Shown here: positions 18,192-27,791 of the stretch, piece by piece
Numbering within the stretch: position 1 is the stretch's first letter
Layout of the letters: each line of letters opens with the position of its first letter
DNA from: Terriglobia bacterium
GTDB taxonomy: Bacteria; Acidobacteriota; Terriglobia; 20CM-2-55-15
Assembly (NCBI GenBank): GCA_965198225.1
Contig: CBDAOY010000007.1
Span: forward strand, 990,045-1,054,044
Reading direction: 5' to 3'
Length of the DNA stretch: 64,000 nucleotides
Made by a program: the position numbers and the translations under genes
The notes under the pieces: model-generated
Told to the model about the DNA's origin: nothing
The model's input: only the letters and a program-made list of their open reading frames with translations
Databases searched by the model: none

Positions 18192-19139
18192 ATGCGTCGT
18201 TTTGTGCTGATGGTAACACTCCTGGTCTTTGCCGCTCCGCTTTCGGCCCAGGGCATCCGGATGACTCCGGATTTTCTGCCCCTGGAAGTCGGAAACGTCT
18301 GGCGCTATGCCGTGACCGACCCGGATGGAGCGACGCTTGACGAGTTCACGATGGAGATCCGACAGCACACCATCGTGGAGGGGAAGAGCCTCTATGTCTT
18401 CACCCAGTTCCCGCTCGCACCCGGAATCGACGGGGGTGTCCCCGTGGGAGTGCGTCACGATCGAAACCTGCGCCAGTACAAGCGTTTTGACGGGGAGCTC
18501 GAAGAAGATCTGTTCCCCTCGGCCGGCGCTTCGACCGAGGTCCTCGAAAGAGACGCAAACGGGTTGCCCTTGAGGGTTGTGTTCGACTTCAGCCCGGGCC
18601 GGCTGACACTGGAGCGGGGCGTCGGCATCGTCGGGGCGGAGGCCGGGCTTCAGGTGATCAAGCTGGTCGGAGCTCGCGTAGGCGCGGTCGCGATCGGCGA
18701 GGTCGTTACGCGATCCCCGGGTCCGCAGGAGACCGCGCGGCCCGATTACCGGGACAACGTCGTCCCGATCACCGAGGAAAACCCGATGCTGGAGGTCGAA
18801 ACCGTCCAGGACGGAGACGGCCATCGCTTTCTGCTCCGGGTCCGGAACACGTCAGACAAGTTGTTGCCTTTTGATTTTTCTTCGAGCCAGAGCTTCGATT
18901 TCGTCGTGGTCGACCCAACCCACGGGCAGGAGATCTGGCGTTGGTCGCGCCGGATGTTCTTTTCCAAGGTCATCCGCAGCGAGGCGATTCGGGCACGTGG
19001 CGAGTGGGTGTTCGAAGCCGTATGGAATCATCGCGACGACAGCATGAACGAAGTCGAGCCCGGTACTTATCAGGTCTTCGCCGTCCTGACTGCTGAAACC
19101 CCTATCGAATCGGAAGCCTTCGACATCGAGGTCCCGTAG
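18192..19139 (+). CDS. Secreted protein with a C-terminal BsuPI-like (proteinase-inhibitor fold) domain
   Basis: Signal peptide MRRFVLMVTLLVFAAPLSAQG. The C-terminus LLRVRNTSDKLLPFDFSSSQSFDFVVVD..GQEIWRWS resembles the BsuPI pattern (from memory, not searched). Confidence 0.55.
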   Translation: MRRFVLMVTLLVFAAPLSAQGIRMTPDFLPLEVGNVWRYAVTDPDGATLDEFTMEIRQHTIVEGKSLYVFTQFPLAPGIDGGVPVGVRHDRNLRQYKRFDGELEEDLFPSAGASTEVLERDANGLPLRVVFDFSPGRLTLERGVGIVGAEAGLQVIKLVGARVGAVAIGEVVTRSPGPQETARPDYRDNVVPITEENPMLEVETVQDGDGHRFLLRVRNTSDKLLPFDFSSSQSFDFVVVDPTHGQEIWRWSRRMFFSKVIRSEAIRARGEWVFEAVWNHRDDSMNEVEPGTYQVFAVLTAETPIESEAFDIEVP

Positions 19140-19314
19140 CCCGGACTCCCAGACAATTGGGACAATTCGGGGACGGAGACCGAATTCGTGGGGTCCGTAA
19201 CCGAACGGTTTAATGGTCCGGGTAATTCGGTCTCCGTCCCCGATCTCAACGCTTCGATCGTGGCCTTGGCGTATTCGGGTGAGAAATGCGCGGCAGCGTC
19301 TATACTGATCGCCG

Positions 19315-20523
19315 ATGAGATCGCCGGATTCGATCGTCACCTCCACCACTGTTCGGTTGCGGCTGCAGCGTCTGCGGTTGGACCCCCGTGTCCAGGCCGC
19401 CATCGAGTTCTTTCGCCGGAACGTTGAGGAGATCGAAGAGGAGCAGGTCCGGATCACCAGGATTCCTGCACCACCGTTCGAGGAAGCCGAGCGGGCTGAC
19501 CACTTCCTCCGACGTCTGACCGATTCCGGCTTTGACGCCACGAGGGACGCCATCGGCAACGTGATTGCGATCTTTGAGGAGTCCGGGTCGGACCCCCTGG
19601 TCGTCGGTGCCCATCTGGACACGGTTTTTCCCCGCGACACCCCCCTGGAACTCGACCGCCGTCCGCCCGTGTTGAGGCTTCCCGGCATCACCGACAACGG
19701 GACGGGTCTGGTGGCGGGAATCTGGCTGTTCCGGGCTGCTCGTGAAGCGGGAATGGAGTTCGAACGGCCTTTGCTGCTCGTCGGTAACGTCGGCGAGGAA
19801 GGGGTCGGCAACCTGAGGGGGATCCGCCATCTGTTTGAGAATCCTCCCTGGTCGGGTGATAGCTGCGAGTTCGTCGCACTCGACGGTGCCGGCCTTCAAC
19901 GCATCACCGTCTGTGGTCTGGGGAGTCGAAGGTTTCGCGTCCGAATGACGGGGCCCGGAGGTCACAGTTGGGCGGACTTCCCCAGGCCGAACCCCATCGA
20001 CGCGCTGGCGGTCGCAATCCAGGATCTGAATCTGGCGCTCCGGGACCCGCCGCCCGGAACCACCCATAATGTCGGCGTCATACACGGTGGCATCTCCGTC
20101 AACGCGATACCGTCAGAGGCGTACATGGAAGTCGATCTCCGTGCAACTTCCGAGACGAACCTCGACGATATGGAGCGTTGCTTCCGCTCTGCTGCGACGC
20201 GCGCCGCCGAGCGGGTCGGCGTAACGTGTGACATCGAGGTGATCGGCAGGCGCCCTTCCGGCGAAACTTCACCGGGAGCGGGCCTGGTACAGACGGCGGT
20301 CGAAGCGACGCGGCTGTGCGGCGTCGAGCCCATCCTGGATATCGGCTCGACCGATGCCAATGTCCCGATGTCTCTGGGTATTCCGGCGTTATCCATCGGA
20401 GGTGGTGGGAGCGGCGGCAACATCCACAGCCTTGAGGAGTGGTTCGACCCGACGGGTCGGCACGTCGGGTTGGAACGCCTTCTGCTGCTGGTCGCTGTCC
20501 TGGCTGGCCTGAAGGCGGCATGA
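19315..20523 (+). CDS. M20-family metallopeptidase (peptidase T / ArgE / DapE-like)
   Basis: IPAPPFEEAERA..GNVIAI..VVGAHLDTVFP..GNVGEEGVGNLRG, with the typical M20 layout. Confidence 0.8.
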   Translation: MRSPDSIVTSTTVRLRLQRLRLDPRVQAAIEFFRRNVEEIEEEQVRITRIPAPPFEEAERADHFLRRLTDSGFDATRDAIGNVIAIFEESGSDPLVVGAHLDTVFPRDTPLELDRRPPVLRLPGITDNGTGLVAGIWLFRAAREAGMEFERPLLLVGNVGEEGVGNLRGIRHLFENPPWSGDSCEFVALDGAGLQRITVCGLGSRRFRVRMTGPGGHSWADFPRPNPIDALAVAIQDLNLALRDPPPGTTHNVGVIHGGISVNAIPSEAYMEVDLRATSETNLDDMERCFRSAATRAAERVGVTCDIEVIGRRPSGETSPGAGLVQTAVEATRLCGVEPILDIGSTDANVPMSLGIPALSIGGGGSGGNIHSLEEWFDPTGRHVGLERLLLLVAVLAGLKAA

Positions 20524-20713
20524 CCGACGTTTCGGAAAGACGAAGCGATTGTGCAACCTCCAGGGCGCGGAGATGCCCGTGACCTTCCCGCCCTGGATCG
20601 GAAAGCGCCCAATCTGAAATCTCAAATCTGCTATTTCGAACTTCCAATATTCCTGGACCGCTCCGTCCTGCCTCGCCATAATCTCAGTTCACCAACTACC
20701 CCAAGGAGACCGA

Positions 20714-22300
20714 ATGATGAAGCGTTCATGGCAAGTACCGTCGCCGCGAGTGTATTTGCCGATCCTGCTTGTCCTCCTGCTGACGTTTCCCATCGCAGCC
20801 CAGATGCAGGAAACCGTGGACCTCGACGCCATTTACCGCATCAAGGACGAAGGGTTCAACCGATCCCAGGTAATGGACATCATGAGTTACCTGACCGACG
20901 TCCACGGGCCGCGGCTGACCGGGTCCCCCAACATCAGGGAAGCGGCAGAGTATGCCAGGAGCAAGCTCATCGAGTGGGAACTGGTCAACGTAGACCTGGA
21001 GAAGTGGGGTCCGTTCGGCCGCGGCTGGACCAACGATCGCTTCTCGGCCCACATGATGACCGGGGGACACGCTTACCCGATCATCGGATACACGAAGGCA
21101 TGGACTCCAGGAACGGACGGGGCCGTCAGTGGTGAAGTCGTGATCGCCGACATCGGGTCGGCCGCGGACTTCGACGAATACCGTGGCCAATTGCGCGGCA
21201 AGTTCGTTCTCATCTCTCCGATGCCGGCCGTTCCGGCGCTTTTTGACCCTCCTGCAGTTCGGCTGACCGACGAAATGCTGACCCAGCGTGCGATGCAGCG
21301 GCAGGCGCGGGGGCGCCGGGGCGGTCGCGGCCGAGGCGGTCGGGGTGGAGCCAGTTTCCGGCAGGAGCGGACACAGTACTTCGTCGATGAAGGCGTGGCG
21401 GCGCTTCTAGAGCCGGGTCGCGGGTCGGGAGGAACCGTGTTTGTCGGCGGCGGCGGTTCGCGCGATCCAGAAGCGGATCCGGTGCCCGTCCAGATCGTGC
21501 TGGCGGTGGAGCATTACGGCCGCATGTACCGGACGCTGCAGAGAAATGTCCCGGTCACGATGCAGATGGATGTCGCCAATACGTTCTACGACGACGACCT
21601 GGATGCCTTCAACGTGATCGGTGAGATACGTGGGGACGACAGGGCCGACGAGGTCGTCATGCTCGGTGCGCACTTCGATTCGTGGCACTCCGGCACCGGC
21701 GCGACCGACAACGCCGCCGGCTCGGCGGTCATGATGGAGGCCGTTCGGATCCTGAAGGAAACAGGACTGCGCATGCGTCGAACTGTCCGGATCGGACTCT
21801 GGACTGGGGAGGAACAGGGGTTGCTCGGTTCCCGGGCCTACGTCGGCGACCACTTCGGGGATCGAAGGACGATGGAGTTGAAGCCCGACCATGAGAAGTT
21901 CTCGGGGTATTTCAATGTCGACAACGGTACCGGCGCCATCCGCGGGGTGTACCTGCAGGGCAACGAGGCGATCGCTCCCGTTTTCGAGGCCTGGATGAAA
22001 CCCTTCGAGAACCTCGGCATGACGACGCTGGCGATTCGCAACACGGGAGGAACCGATCACCTTTCCTTCGACGCGATCGGCCTGCCGGGCTTTCAGTTTA
22101 TCCAGGATCCGGTGGAATACGGCAGCAGGACCCATCATTCCAGCATGGACGTATACGAGCGGATTCAACCCATGGATATGATGAAGAACGCTGTCATCGT
22201 TGCATCGTTCGTCTACCACACGGCCAATCGCGAGGAGCTCCTCCCGCGCAAGCCGCTGCCGCGGCCCCGGGACCGGGGAGGAAGGGGGCGGGGGCAGTAG
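20714..22300 (+). CDS. M28-family aminopeptidase with a PA domain (secreted)
   Basis: Signal peptide. NVIGEIRG..VVMLGAHFDSWHSGTGATDNAAGSAVMMEAVRIL..GLWTGEEQGLLGSRAYV. Confidence 0.85.
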   Translation: MMKRSWQVPSPRVYLPILLVLLLTFPIAAQMQETVDLDAIYRIKDEGFNRSQVMDIMSYLTDVHGPRLTGSPNIREAAEYARSKLIEWELVNVDLEKWGPFGRGWTNDRFSAHMMTGGHAYPIIGYTKAWTPGTDGAVSGEVVIADIGSAADFDEYRGQLRGKFVLISPMPAVPALFDPPAVRLTDEMLTQRAMQRQARGRRGGRGRGGRGGASFRQERTQYFVDEGVAALLEPGRGSGGTVFVGGGGSRDPEADPVPVQIVLAVEHYGRMYRTLQRNVPVTMQMDVANTFYDDDLDAFNVIGEIRGDDRADEVVMLGAHFDSWHSGTGATDNAAGSAVMMEAVRILKETGLRMRRTVRIGLWTGEEQGLLGSRAYVGDHFGDRRTMELKPDHEKFSGYFNVDNGTGAIRGVYLQGNEAIAPVFEAWMKPFENLGMTTLAIRNTGGTDHLSFDAIGLPGFQFIQDPVEYGSRTHHSSMDVYERIQPMDMMKNAVIVASFVYHTANREELLPRKPLPRPRDRGGRGRGQ

Positions 22301-22347
22301 GTCGTAGGCCGTAGGCAGTTGTGCGCGGGGGTCCGTTCAGCTTAACG

Positions 22348-22404
22348 GTCCGCGAGAGAGCCATCGTGAGGGGACAGGGCTAGCCCTGTCCCAGGGTGTT
22401 CGCT
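22348..22404. repeat. Inverted-orientation copy of the GGGGACAGGG..CCCTGTCCCC repeat family
   Basis: gtccgcgagagagccatcgtgaGGGGACAGGGCtaGCCCTGTCCCa aligns with the reverse complement of the units at 32133..32400. Confidence 0.65.
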
Positions 22405-22494
22405 GAGCAGAAAAGTCGGCAAACGACGGAACGCTCTCACGGACAGTTCCGTTATACTGTGATGATAGGCGCCATCTAGAACGGGGAGAAGATC

Positions 22495-23055
22495 ATGAGT
22501 GGTAATCAGGTTGAGGTCACGCGCGATTGTGAGGTAGTCGAAATTCCCGGCGGACAGACGCACCACTTGACGAAGGGAACCGCCGTCGCCATCACGCAGG
22601 CGCTCGGCGGATCCTACACGTTGATGGTGCCTTCACACGGGGGCCTGTTCCGACTGGCAGGGCGCGATGCCGACGCGATCGGCAAGGATCCGACTGAAGA
22701 GTCGACCGAAAGCGGCGCCGCGGCAGAACCTCTGGATTCCGAGCAGCTCGAAACGGAAATCTGGGCGCAGCTCAAAACGTGTTTCGACCCCGAAATCCCG
22801 GTCAACATCGTCGACCTCGGGCTGATCTACGGCATGACAGTGTCTCCTCTCGAAGATGGAGGAAACCACGTTGCGGTTCAGATGACGCTCACGGCTCAAG
22901 GTTGTGGGATGGGTGATTCGATTGCCGCCGACGCCCAGCACAAAATCCGACGCATCCCCCAGGTTGCCACCGCGGACGTGCAGGTGGTATGGGATCCTCC
23001 CTGGACGCCCGATAAGATGTCCTCTGAAGGCAAGGCGATGCTCGGGATCGGCTAG
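22495..23055 (+). CDS. sufT: SufT-like Fe-S cluster assembly protein (DUF59/MIP18 C-terminal domain)
   Basis: The DUF59 core FDPEIPVNIVDLGLIY..TLTAQGCGMG matches well. The N-terminal extension is of the SufT type. Confidence 0.7.
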   Translation: MSGNQVEVTRDCEVVEIPGGQTHHLTKGTAVAITQALGGSYTLMVPSHGGLFRLAGRDADAIGKDPTEESTESGAAAEPLDSEQLETEIWAQLKTCFDPEIPVNIVDLGLIYGMTVSPLEDGGNHVAVQMTLTAQGCGMGDSIAADAQHKIRRIPQVATADVQVVWDPPWTPDKMSSEGKAMLGIG

Positions 23056-23282
23056 CCAGGCCAGCTTCCAACCCAAGAAGGGGGCGGGCGTGACGCGCCC
23101 GCTTCTCCATCAAAGTTTTTGGGATCTTTCGGCAACATAGCGGTCTAATTGCAAACCGCGATATTGACTAATCCGCATTGCATGTTGTTCATTGGAGATT
23201 GCTTCACTTCAAATTTTCGGGAACAAATCTCCCGGGAGTTACCGGCCTTAGCGCTGATCCCGGAACTCCAAGTTTTTCGCTT

Positions 23283-23301
23283 CACTGGTACAGGCCACTA
23301 G
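23283..23301. repeat. Solo copy of the right terminus of the 275-bp MITE-like element
   Basis: CACTGGTACAGGCCACTAG versus the element end CACTGTTACAGGCCACTAG (18 of 19). It directly abuts the ATG at 23302. Confidence 0.5.
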
Positions 23302-25374
23302 ATGACTCGACGAGAGCACGTTGACCTGAACTATCCCGAGTCGAGACGTGTCGATCAGGTCGACGACTATCACGGGCACCCCGTGGCCGATCCCTACCGG
23401 TGGCTCGAAGACATGGATTCGGATGAAACACGCAGCTGGATCGCGGCGCAGAACGAAATCACCGAACAGTTTCTTGATCGGGTGCCCGGAAGGAGCGAGA
23501 TCCTCCAACGCGTGACGGAGCTGTGGAACTTCGAGCGATTCGGGGTTCCGATCAGAGAGGGAGGACGCTACTTCTACTTCCGTAACAGCGGCCTGGAGAA
23601 TCAGGCCGTCCTGTACACGATGGAACAACTGGATGGCGAACCGCGCGTCCTTTTGGATCCGAACACGATGTCGGTGGATGGCACGCTCGCACTTGTGGCA
23701 TACGCGCCCAGCCGTGATGGAAGGTTCCTGGCCTACAGCGTGTCCACCAGCGGGTCCGACTGGCAGCATATACTCGTCCGCGACGTGGCCGGCGGAGCCG
23801 ATCTTGAGGACCGTCTCGATTGGGTCAAATTCTCGGACATTTCATGGACCGCGGACCACGAAGGCTTCTTCTACAGTTGCTACGACGCCCCTTCCGGCGA
23901 CGAATTCGCCGGCGAAAATTATTTCCAGAAGCTCTACTATCACCAGCTTGGAACTTCCCAGTCCGCAGATCGTCTCGTTTACGACAATCCCGACGAGCAG
24001 GAGTGGGGGTTCCTGGGTCACGTGACCGAGGACGGCCGTTACCTGGTCATTCACATCCGCAAAGGCTCGGGACCCAAACACTGCGTCTATTTCAAAGATC
24101 TCGACGAATCCGACGCCATGGACGATTGCGGGATCGTCAAACTGATGGACGGATTCGATGCGCGCTATGAGTTTGTCGGCAACGCTCGAGACGAGTTCTG
24201 GTTCCTTACCGATCGTGACGCTCCCCGTGCGCGGCTCGTGGGGGTCGACCTGGGACGAAGCGATCCGTCCCAGTGGCGGGAGATCATCCCGGAGGGTGAT
24301 GCCACGCTCGAGGCGGTCGTCGCGGCCGGCGAAGGCTTCGTCGCCCGCTTTCTCGAACACGCTCGCAGTCGAGTGGAGCTGTACGGTAGGGACGGCGGGC
24401 ATGTCCGGGAGTTGGAACTCCCCGGCATCGGGTCCGTAGTGGGTTTCTTCGGTAAAGCCGGCGGCACCGAAGCGTTCTACGCGTTTACGGATTTCACCAG
24501 TGCGCCAACCATTTACCGGTACGATGTCGCGACGGGTAAGAACGAGGTTTTCCGGAGTCCTCAGATCGACGTCGTGGGGAGCCGGTTCGAAACCCGACAG
24601 GTCTTCTACCAGAGCAGCGACGGAACGACGGTTCCGATGTTTCTCGTCCACCGGACCGACCTGGAGCTGGACGGGAACAACCCGACCCTGCTCTACGGTT
24701 ACGGCGGCTTCAACATATCGATGACCCCGGCGTTCTCCGTGCGCAACCTTGCCTGGCTCGAGATGGGCGGGGTTTATGCGGTCGCAAACATCCGGGGTGG
24801 CGGCGAATACGGTGAGGAGTGGCACCAGGCCGGAATCCGCCGCAACAAGCAGAACGGGATCGATGATTTCATCGCCGCGGCCGAATGGCTGACATCGAAC
24901 CGCTACACGAGCCCCAACCGCCTCGCGATCCACGGTGGGAGCAACGGCGGAATGCTCGTCGGGGCGTGCATGACGCAGCGACCCGACCTTTTCGCGGCTG
25001 TCGTGTCGGCGGTCGGTGTGATGGACCTGCTGCGTTTCGACAAGTTCACGATCGGATGGGCATGGCGCTCTGATTACGGGTCGCCGGACGATCCGGACGA
25101 CTTCAACATCCTCCGTGCCTGTTCGCCGTACCACAATCTACGAGAAGGAACAGAATACCCGGCGACGATGATCACCACCGGCGACCACGACGACCGTGTC
25201 GTCCCCTGTCACAGTTTCAAGTTCGCGGCAGCACTGCAGTCGGCGCAAGCCGCCAGGAGCGCTGCGGTGATACGGATCGGGGTCTCCGCGGGCCACGGCA
25301 TGGGTAAGCCGACTTCGATGCAGATCGAGGAGGCCGCCGACGTCCTGACCTTCCTCAAGCACTCGGTCATGTGA
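23302..25374 (+). CDS. Prolyl oligopeptidase (S9A family)
   Basis: N-terminus DDYHGHPVADPYRWLED. Catalytic region IHGGSNGGMLVGA and GDHDDRV. Confidence 0.9.
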   Translation: MTRREHVDLNYPESRRVDQVDDYHGHPVADPYRWLEDMDSDETRSWIAAQNEITEQFLDRVPGRSEILQRVTELWNFERFGVPIREGGRYFYFRNSGLENQAVLYTMEQLDGEPRVLLDPNTMSVDGTLALVAYAPSRDGRFLAYSVSTSGSDWQHILVRDVAGGADLEDRLDWVKFSDISWTADHEGFFYSCYDAPSGDEFAGENYFQKLYYHQLGTSQSADRLVYDNPDEQEWGFLGHVTEDGRYLVIHIRKGSGPKHCVYFKDLDESDAMDDCGIVKLMDGFDARYEFVGNARDEFWFLTDRDAPRARLVGVDLGRSDPSQWREIIPEGDATLEAVVAAGEGFVARFLEHARSRVELYGRDGGHVRELELPGIGSVVGFFGKAGGTEAFYAFTDFTSAPTIYRYDVATGKNEVFRSPQIDVVGSRFETRQVFYQSSDGTTVPMFLVHRTDLELDGNNPTLLYGYGGFNISMTPAFSVRNLAWLEMGGVYAVANIRGGGEYGEEWHQAGIRRNKQNGIDDFIAAAEWLTSNRYTSPNRLAIHGGSNGGMLVGACMTQRPDLFAAVVSAVGVMDLLRFDKFTIGWAWRSDYGSPDDPDDFNILRACSPYHNLREGTEYPATMITTGDHDDRVVPCHSFKFAAALQSAQAARSAAVIRIGVSAGHGMGKPTSMQIEEAADVLTFLKHSVM

Positions 25375-25413
25375 CGCTCACGTAGTGGGTCAGCTTGAAT
25401 TCAAACTGAACCA

Positions 25414-25688
25414 CTAGTGACCTGTAACAGTGCTATCGGTACCAGCGTTCGGCGGAACGGCGTCGGATTCTAGGAGTGACGCCCGAGCCAATGCTGTTTC
25501 ATTGCGAGGGCGTTACGACACCGAAGACGGCGCCGTTCCGACGAACCCTTCGGGCCGATGGGGGTTGCGGGCGATCTCTTTGTCGGAAGCCGTCACCGAT
25601 GAAAGAGCATCGCTTTCCGTCTCCCTCCTCGACCTCGCCCGCAAGACCCATCGGCGATGGTGCCGATAGCACTGTTACAGGCCACTAG
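25414..25688 (+). mobile_element. 275-bp MITE-like element with ~30-bp terminal inverted repeats, copy 1
   Basis: CTAGTGACCTGTAACAGTGCTATCGGTACC ... GGTGCCGATAGCACTGTTACAGGCCACTAG (28 of 30 complementary). It has internal long hairpins. It matches 34705..34979 at 271 of 275 positions by eye, in the same orientation. Confidence 0.7.
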
Positions 25689-25760
25689 CACGCTGCCGGC
25701 TGCCTTGATCGAAAGCGTGCTGCGTGATAGTTTTCATCCCGTACGTTACGGAGAATTCCC

Positions 25761-27671
25761 ATGAAAAAGAACCGTCTTCCGGTGCGTTTGCTTACCGTTG
25801 CCGCAGCCACGCTGGCGGTGATCTCTTGCAGCGGCGTTTCAGCCGACAACGAGTTTTTCGGTCGCGTGACACCGCCTGAAGGACAGGTGATGCGCTACAT
25901 TTCGGGATCCGAGCCGGAATCGCTGGATCCGCCGGTATCTTCCGGGCAGCCCGAGGCTCGCCTCTACATGGCGCTGTTCGAGGGGTTGACCGACTACAAC
26001 CCGAAGACCGCCGGTCCGATCCCGGGTGTTGCGGAGAGCTGGGAAGCCAATGCGGACAACTCCGAGTTTGTCTTCCACCTCCGTGAAGATGCCCGTTGGA
26101 GCAATGGCGAACCGGTCAGAGCCGGGGATTTCGTCTACTCCTGGCGTCGTGCGCTATCGCCGGAGCTGGCGTCCAGAAATGCCTACCTCGCCTACGACAT
26201 CAAGTACGCGCAGGCCTACAACGAGGGCGGCGTGTTCGTCCTCGATCCTGAGACCGGGGAATTTCTCCGCGCGGTGGAGACGGCCCAGGGACCGTCCGAT
26301 TCGGAAGAGAACGATGAGTCCACCGGGGACACAGCCTTTCATGTCTTCATCCAGGGACCCACCCGTCTGACGCTCCCCGGGGACGAGGAGAGTCGTCAGG
26401 CGATGTTCGACGAAGATACTGAACTGGCGGGCCGGATGGCTGGGAAGGAATTCGTTCCCGTCCAGGCCGAGAGCATCGGCATCGAAGCCGTCGACGACCA
26501 TACCTTCCGCGCGACTCTGGCTCGACCGGCGCCGTACTTTGTCGGCCTCGTGGCGCACCAGACCTTCATGCCGGTCCTCCAGTGGGTCGTCGAACAGTAC
26601 GGTGAGGCCTGGACAAAGCCGGAAAACATCGTCACGAACGGCGCTTTCAAGCTGGAATCCCGGAAGCCGTACAACGAGATCGTCATGGTTCGGGACCCGA
26701 TGTACTGGGACGCGGACGCAGTGCGTCTCGACAAGCTCATCTTCTACCCGATGGAAGACGCAACGACGATGATGAATCTCTACAAGGCCGGAGAGGTCGA
26801 TGCTGTCTTCAATCATGTCGTTCCGGTGGCCTGGCTGGATCTGATCCGCCCCCTCGCCGACTACATGGATGCGCCCGAGAACGCGGTCGGGTACTACATG
26901 TTCAACGTGACGCGACCTCCTATGGACGACATCCGGGTGCGAAAGGCCTTCAACGCGTCCATCGACAAAGAGGCCCTGGCCCAGTACCGCCGGGTGACCA
27001 AGCCGCTGACTGCCTTCAGCCCCGAGGGAATCTACCCGGGTTACCCCCAGCCGAAGGGAGACCCGTTCGATCGGGAGCGGGCACGGAAGTGGCTCGCCGA
27101 GGCGGGCTACGTCGATGCGGCGGGCAACTACGATCCTTCCACCTTTCCGATTGAAGAGGTCGAACTGACATACAACACTTCGGAAAGCAACCGGCAGGTG
27201 GCGGAGTTCATCCAGGCGCAATGGAAGCAGAACCTGGGCTTGACGGTTCCGCTCAAGAACATGGAATGGAAGACATTCCTGGTTGTACGGGCGGCGCTGG
27301 ACTACAAGGGCATCGGGCGTGCCGGCTGGGTCGGCGACTACATGGATCCGTTTACTTTCCTCAATATCTTCTACACCGCCGGAGGGGACAACGGCACTGG
27401 CTGGTGGGACCCGGAATACGTGCGTTTGCTCGACGAGGCGAACACGACGCTGGATCCGGCGCGACGTTACGAACTGCTCGCTGAAGCCGAAGCATACATG
27501 CTCGCGGCACAGCCGATCATCCCGTTCGAGACCAACGCGACAAACTGGATGAAGAAGCCCTACGTGAAAGGTATGTATCCGAACCCGGGGACCCTCCATG
27601 CCTGGAAGTTCGTCTACATCGAACATGATCCGGCGAAATGGGACAGCGGCGTGCCGGATATGAGTCAGTAG
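25761..27671 (+). CDS. ABC transporter substrate-binding lipoprotein (family 5, peptide/nickel, OppA/DppA-like)
   Basis: Lipobox AVISC. Family-5 substrate-binding layout. First gene of a five-gene importer. Confidence 0.88.
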   Translation: MKKNRLPVRLLTVAAATLAVISCSGVSADNEFFGRVTPPEGQVMRYISGSEPESLDPPVSSGQPEARLYMALFEGLTDYNPKTAGPIPGVAESWEANADNSEFVFHLREDARWSNGEPVRAGDFVYSWRRALSPELASRNAYLAYDIKYAQAYNEGGVFVLDPETGEFLRAVETAQGPSDSEENDESTGDTAFHVFIQGPTRLTLPGDEESRQAMFDEDTELAGRMAGKEFVPVQAESIGIEAVDDHTFRATLARPAPYFVGLVAHQTFMPVLQWVVEQYGEAWTKPENIVTNGAFKLESRKPYNEIVMVRDPMYWDADAVRLDKLIFYPMEDATTMMNLYKAGEVDAVFNHVVPVAWLDLIRPLADYMDAPENAVGYYMFNVTRPPMDDIRVRKAFNASIDKEALAQYRRVTKPLTAFSPEGIYPGYPQPKGDPFDRERARKWLAEAGYVDAAGNYDPSTFPIEEVELTYNTSESNRQVAEFIQAQWKQNLGLTVPLKNMEWKTFLVVRAALDYKGIGRAGWVGDYMDPFTFLNIFYTAGGDNGTGWWDPEYVRLLDEANTTLDPARRYELLAEAEAYMLAAQPIIPFETNATNWMKKPYVKGMYPNPGTLHAWKFVYIEHDPAKWDSGVPDMSQ

Positions 27672-27791
27672 CGTGAGGCCCAATGTCCAAAGTCCGAGGT
27701 TCAAAGTCCGAGGTCCAAAGTCCAAGGTCGAATGTCTGGAGATCAGTTAATGACGTCGGACAGTGGACTTCGGACCGTGGACTGATTCCCG
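27672..27791. repeat. Intercistronic heptamer-phased repeat hairpin (GTCCAAA GTCCGAG GTTCAAA GTCCGAG GTCCAAA GTCCAAG .. inverted GTGGACTTCGGAC)
   Basis: Seven GT-phased 7-mers are followed by an inverted partial copy. It fills the spacer between the binding-protein gene and the first permease gene. Confidence 0.7.

Noticed and set aside
25430-25688. 79-aa and 70-aa ORFs inside both copies of the 275-bp element (also 34721..34979)
   Set aside because: They lie wholly within an inverted-repeat-bounded, hairpin-rich element, have no ribosome-binding site, and their translations are not protein-like. Conservation is explained by the DNA repeat itself.
26154-27725. 523-aa minus-strand ORF. Similar long antisense ORFs occur at 10598..11830, 18852..19811, 23842..25134, 27747..28778, 42258..43814 and 44598..45779.
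   Set aside because: Each is antisense to a gene with clear family motifs and has an Arg/His/Pro-rich, low-complexity translation. They are GC-driven shadow ORFs.
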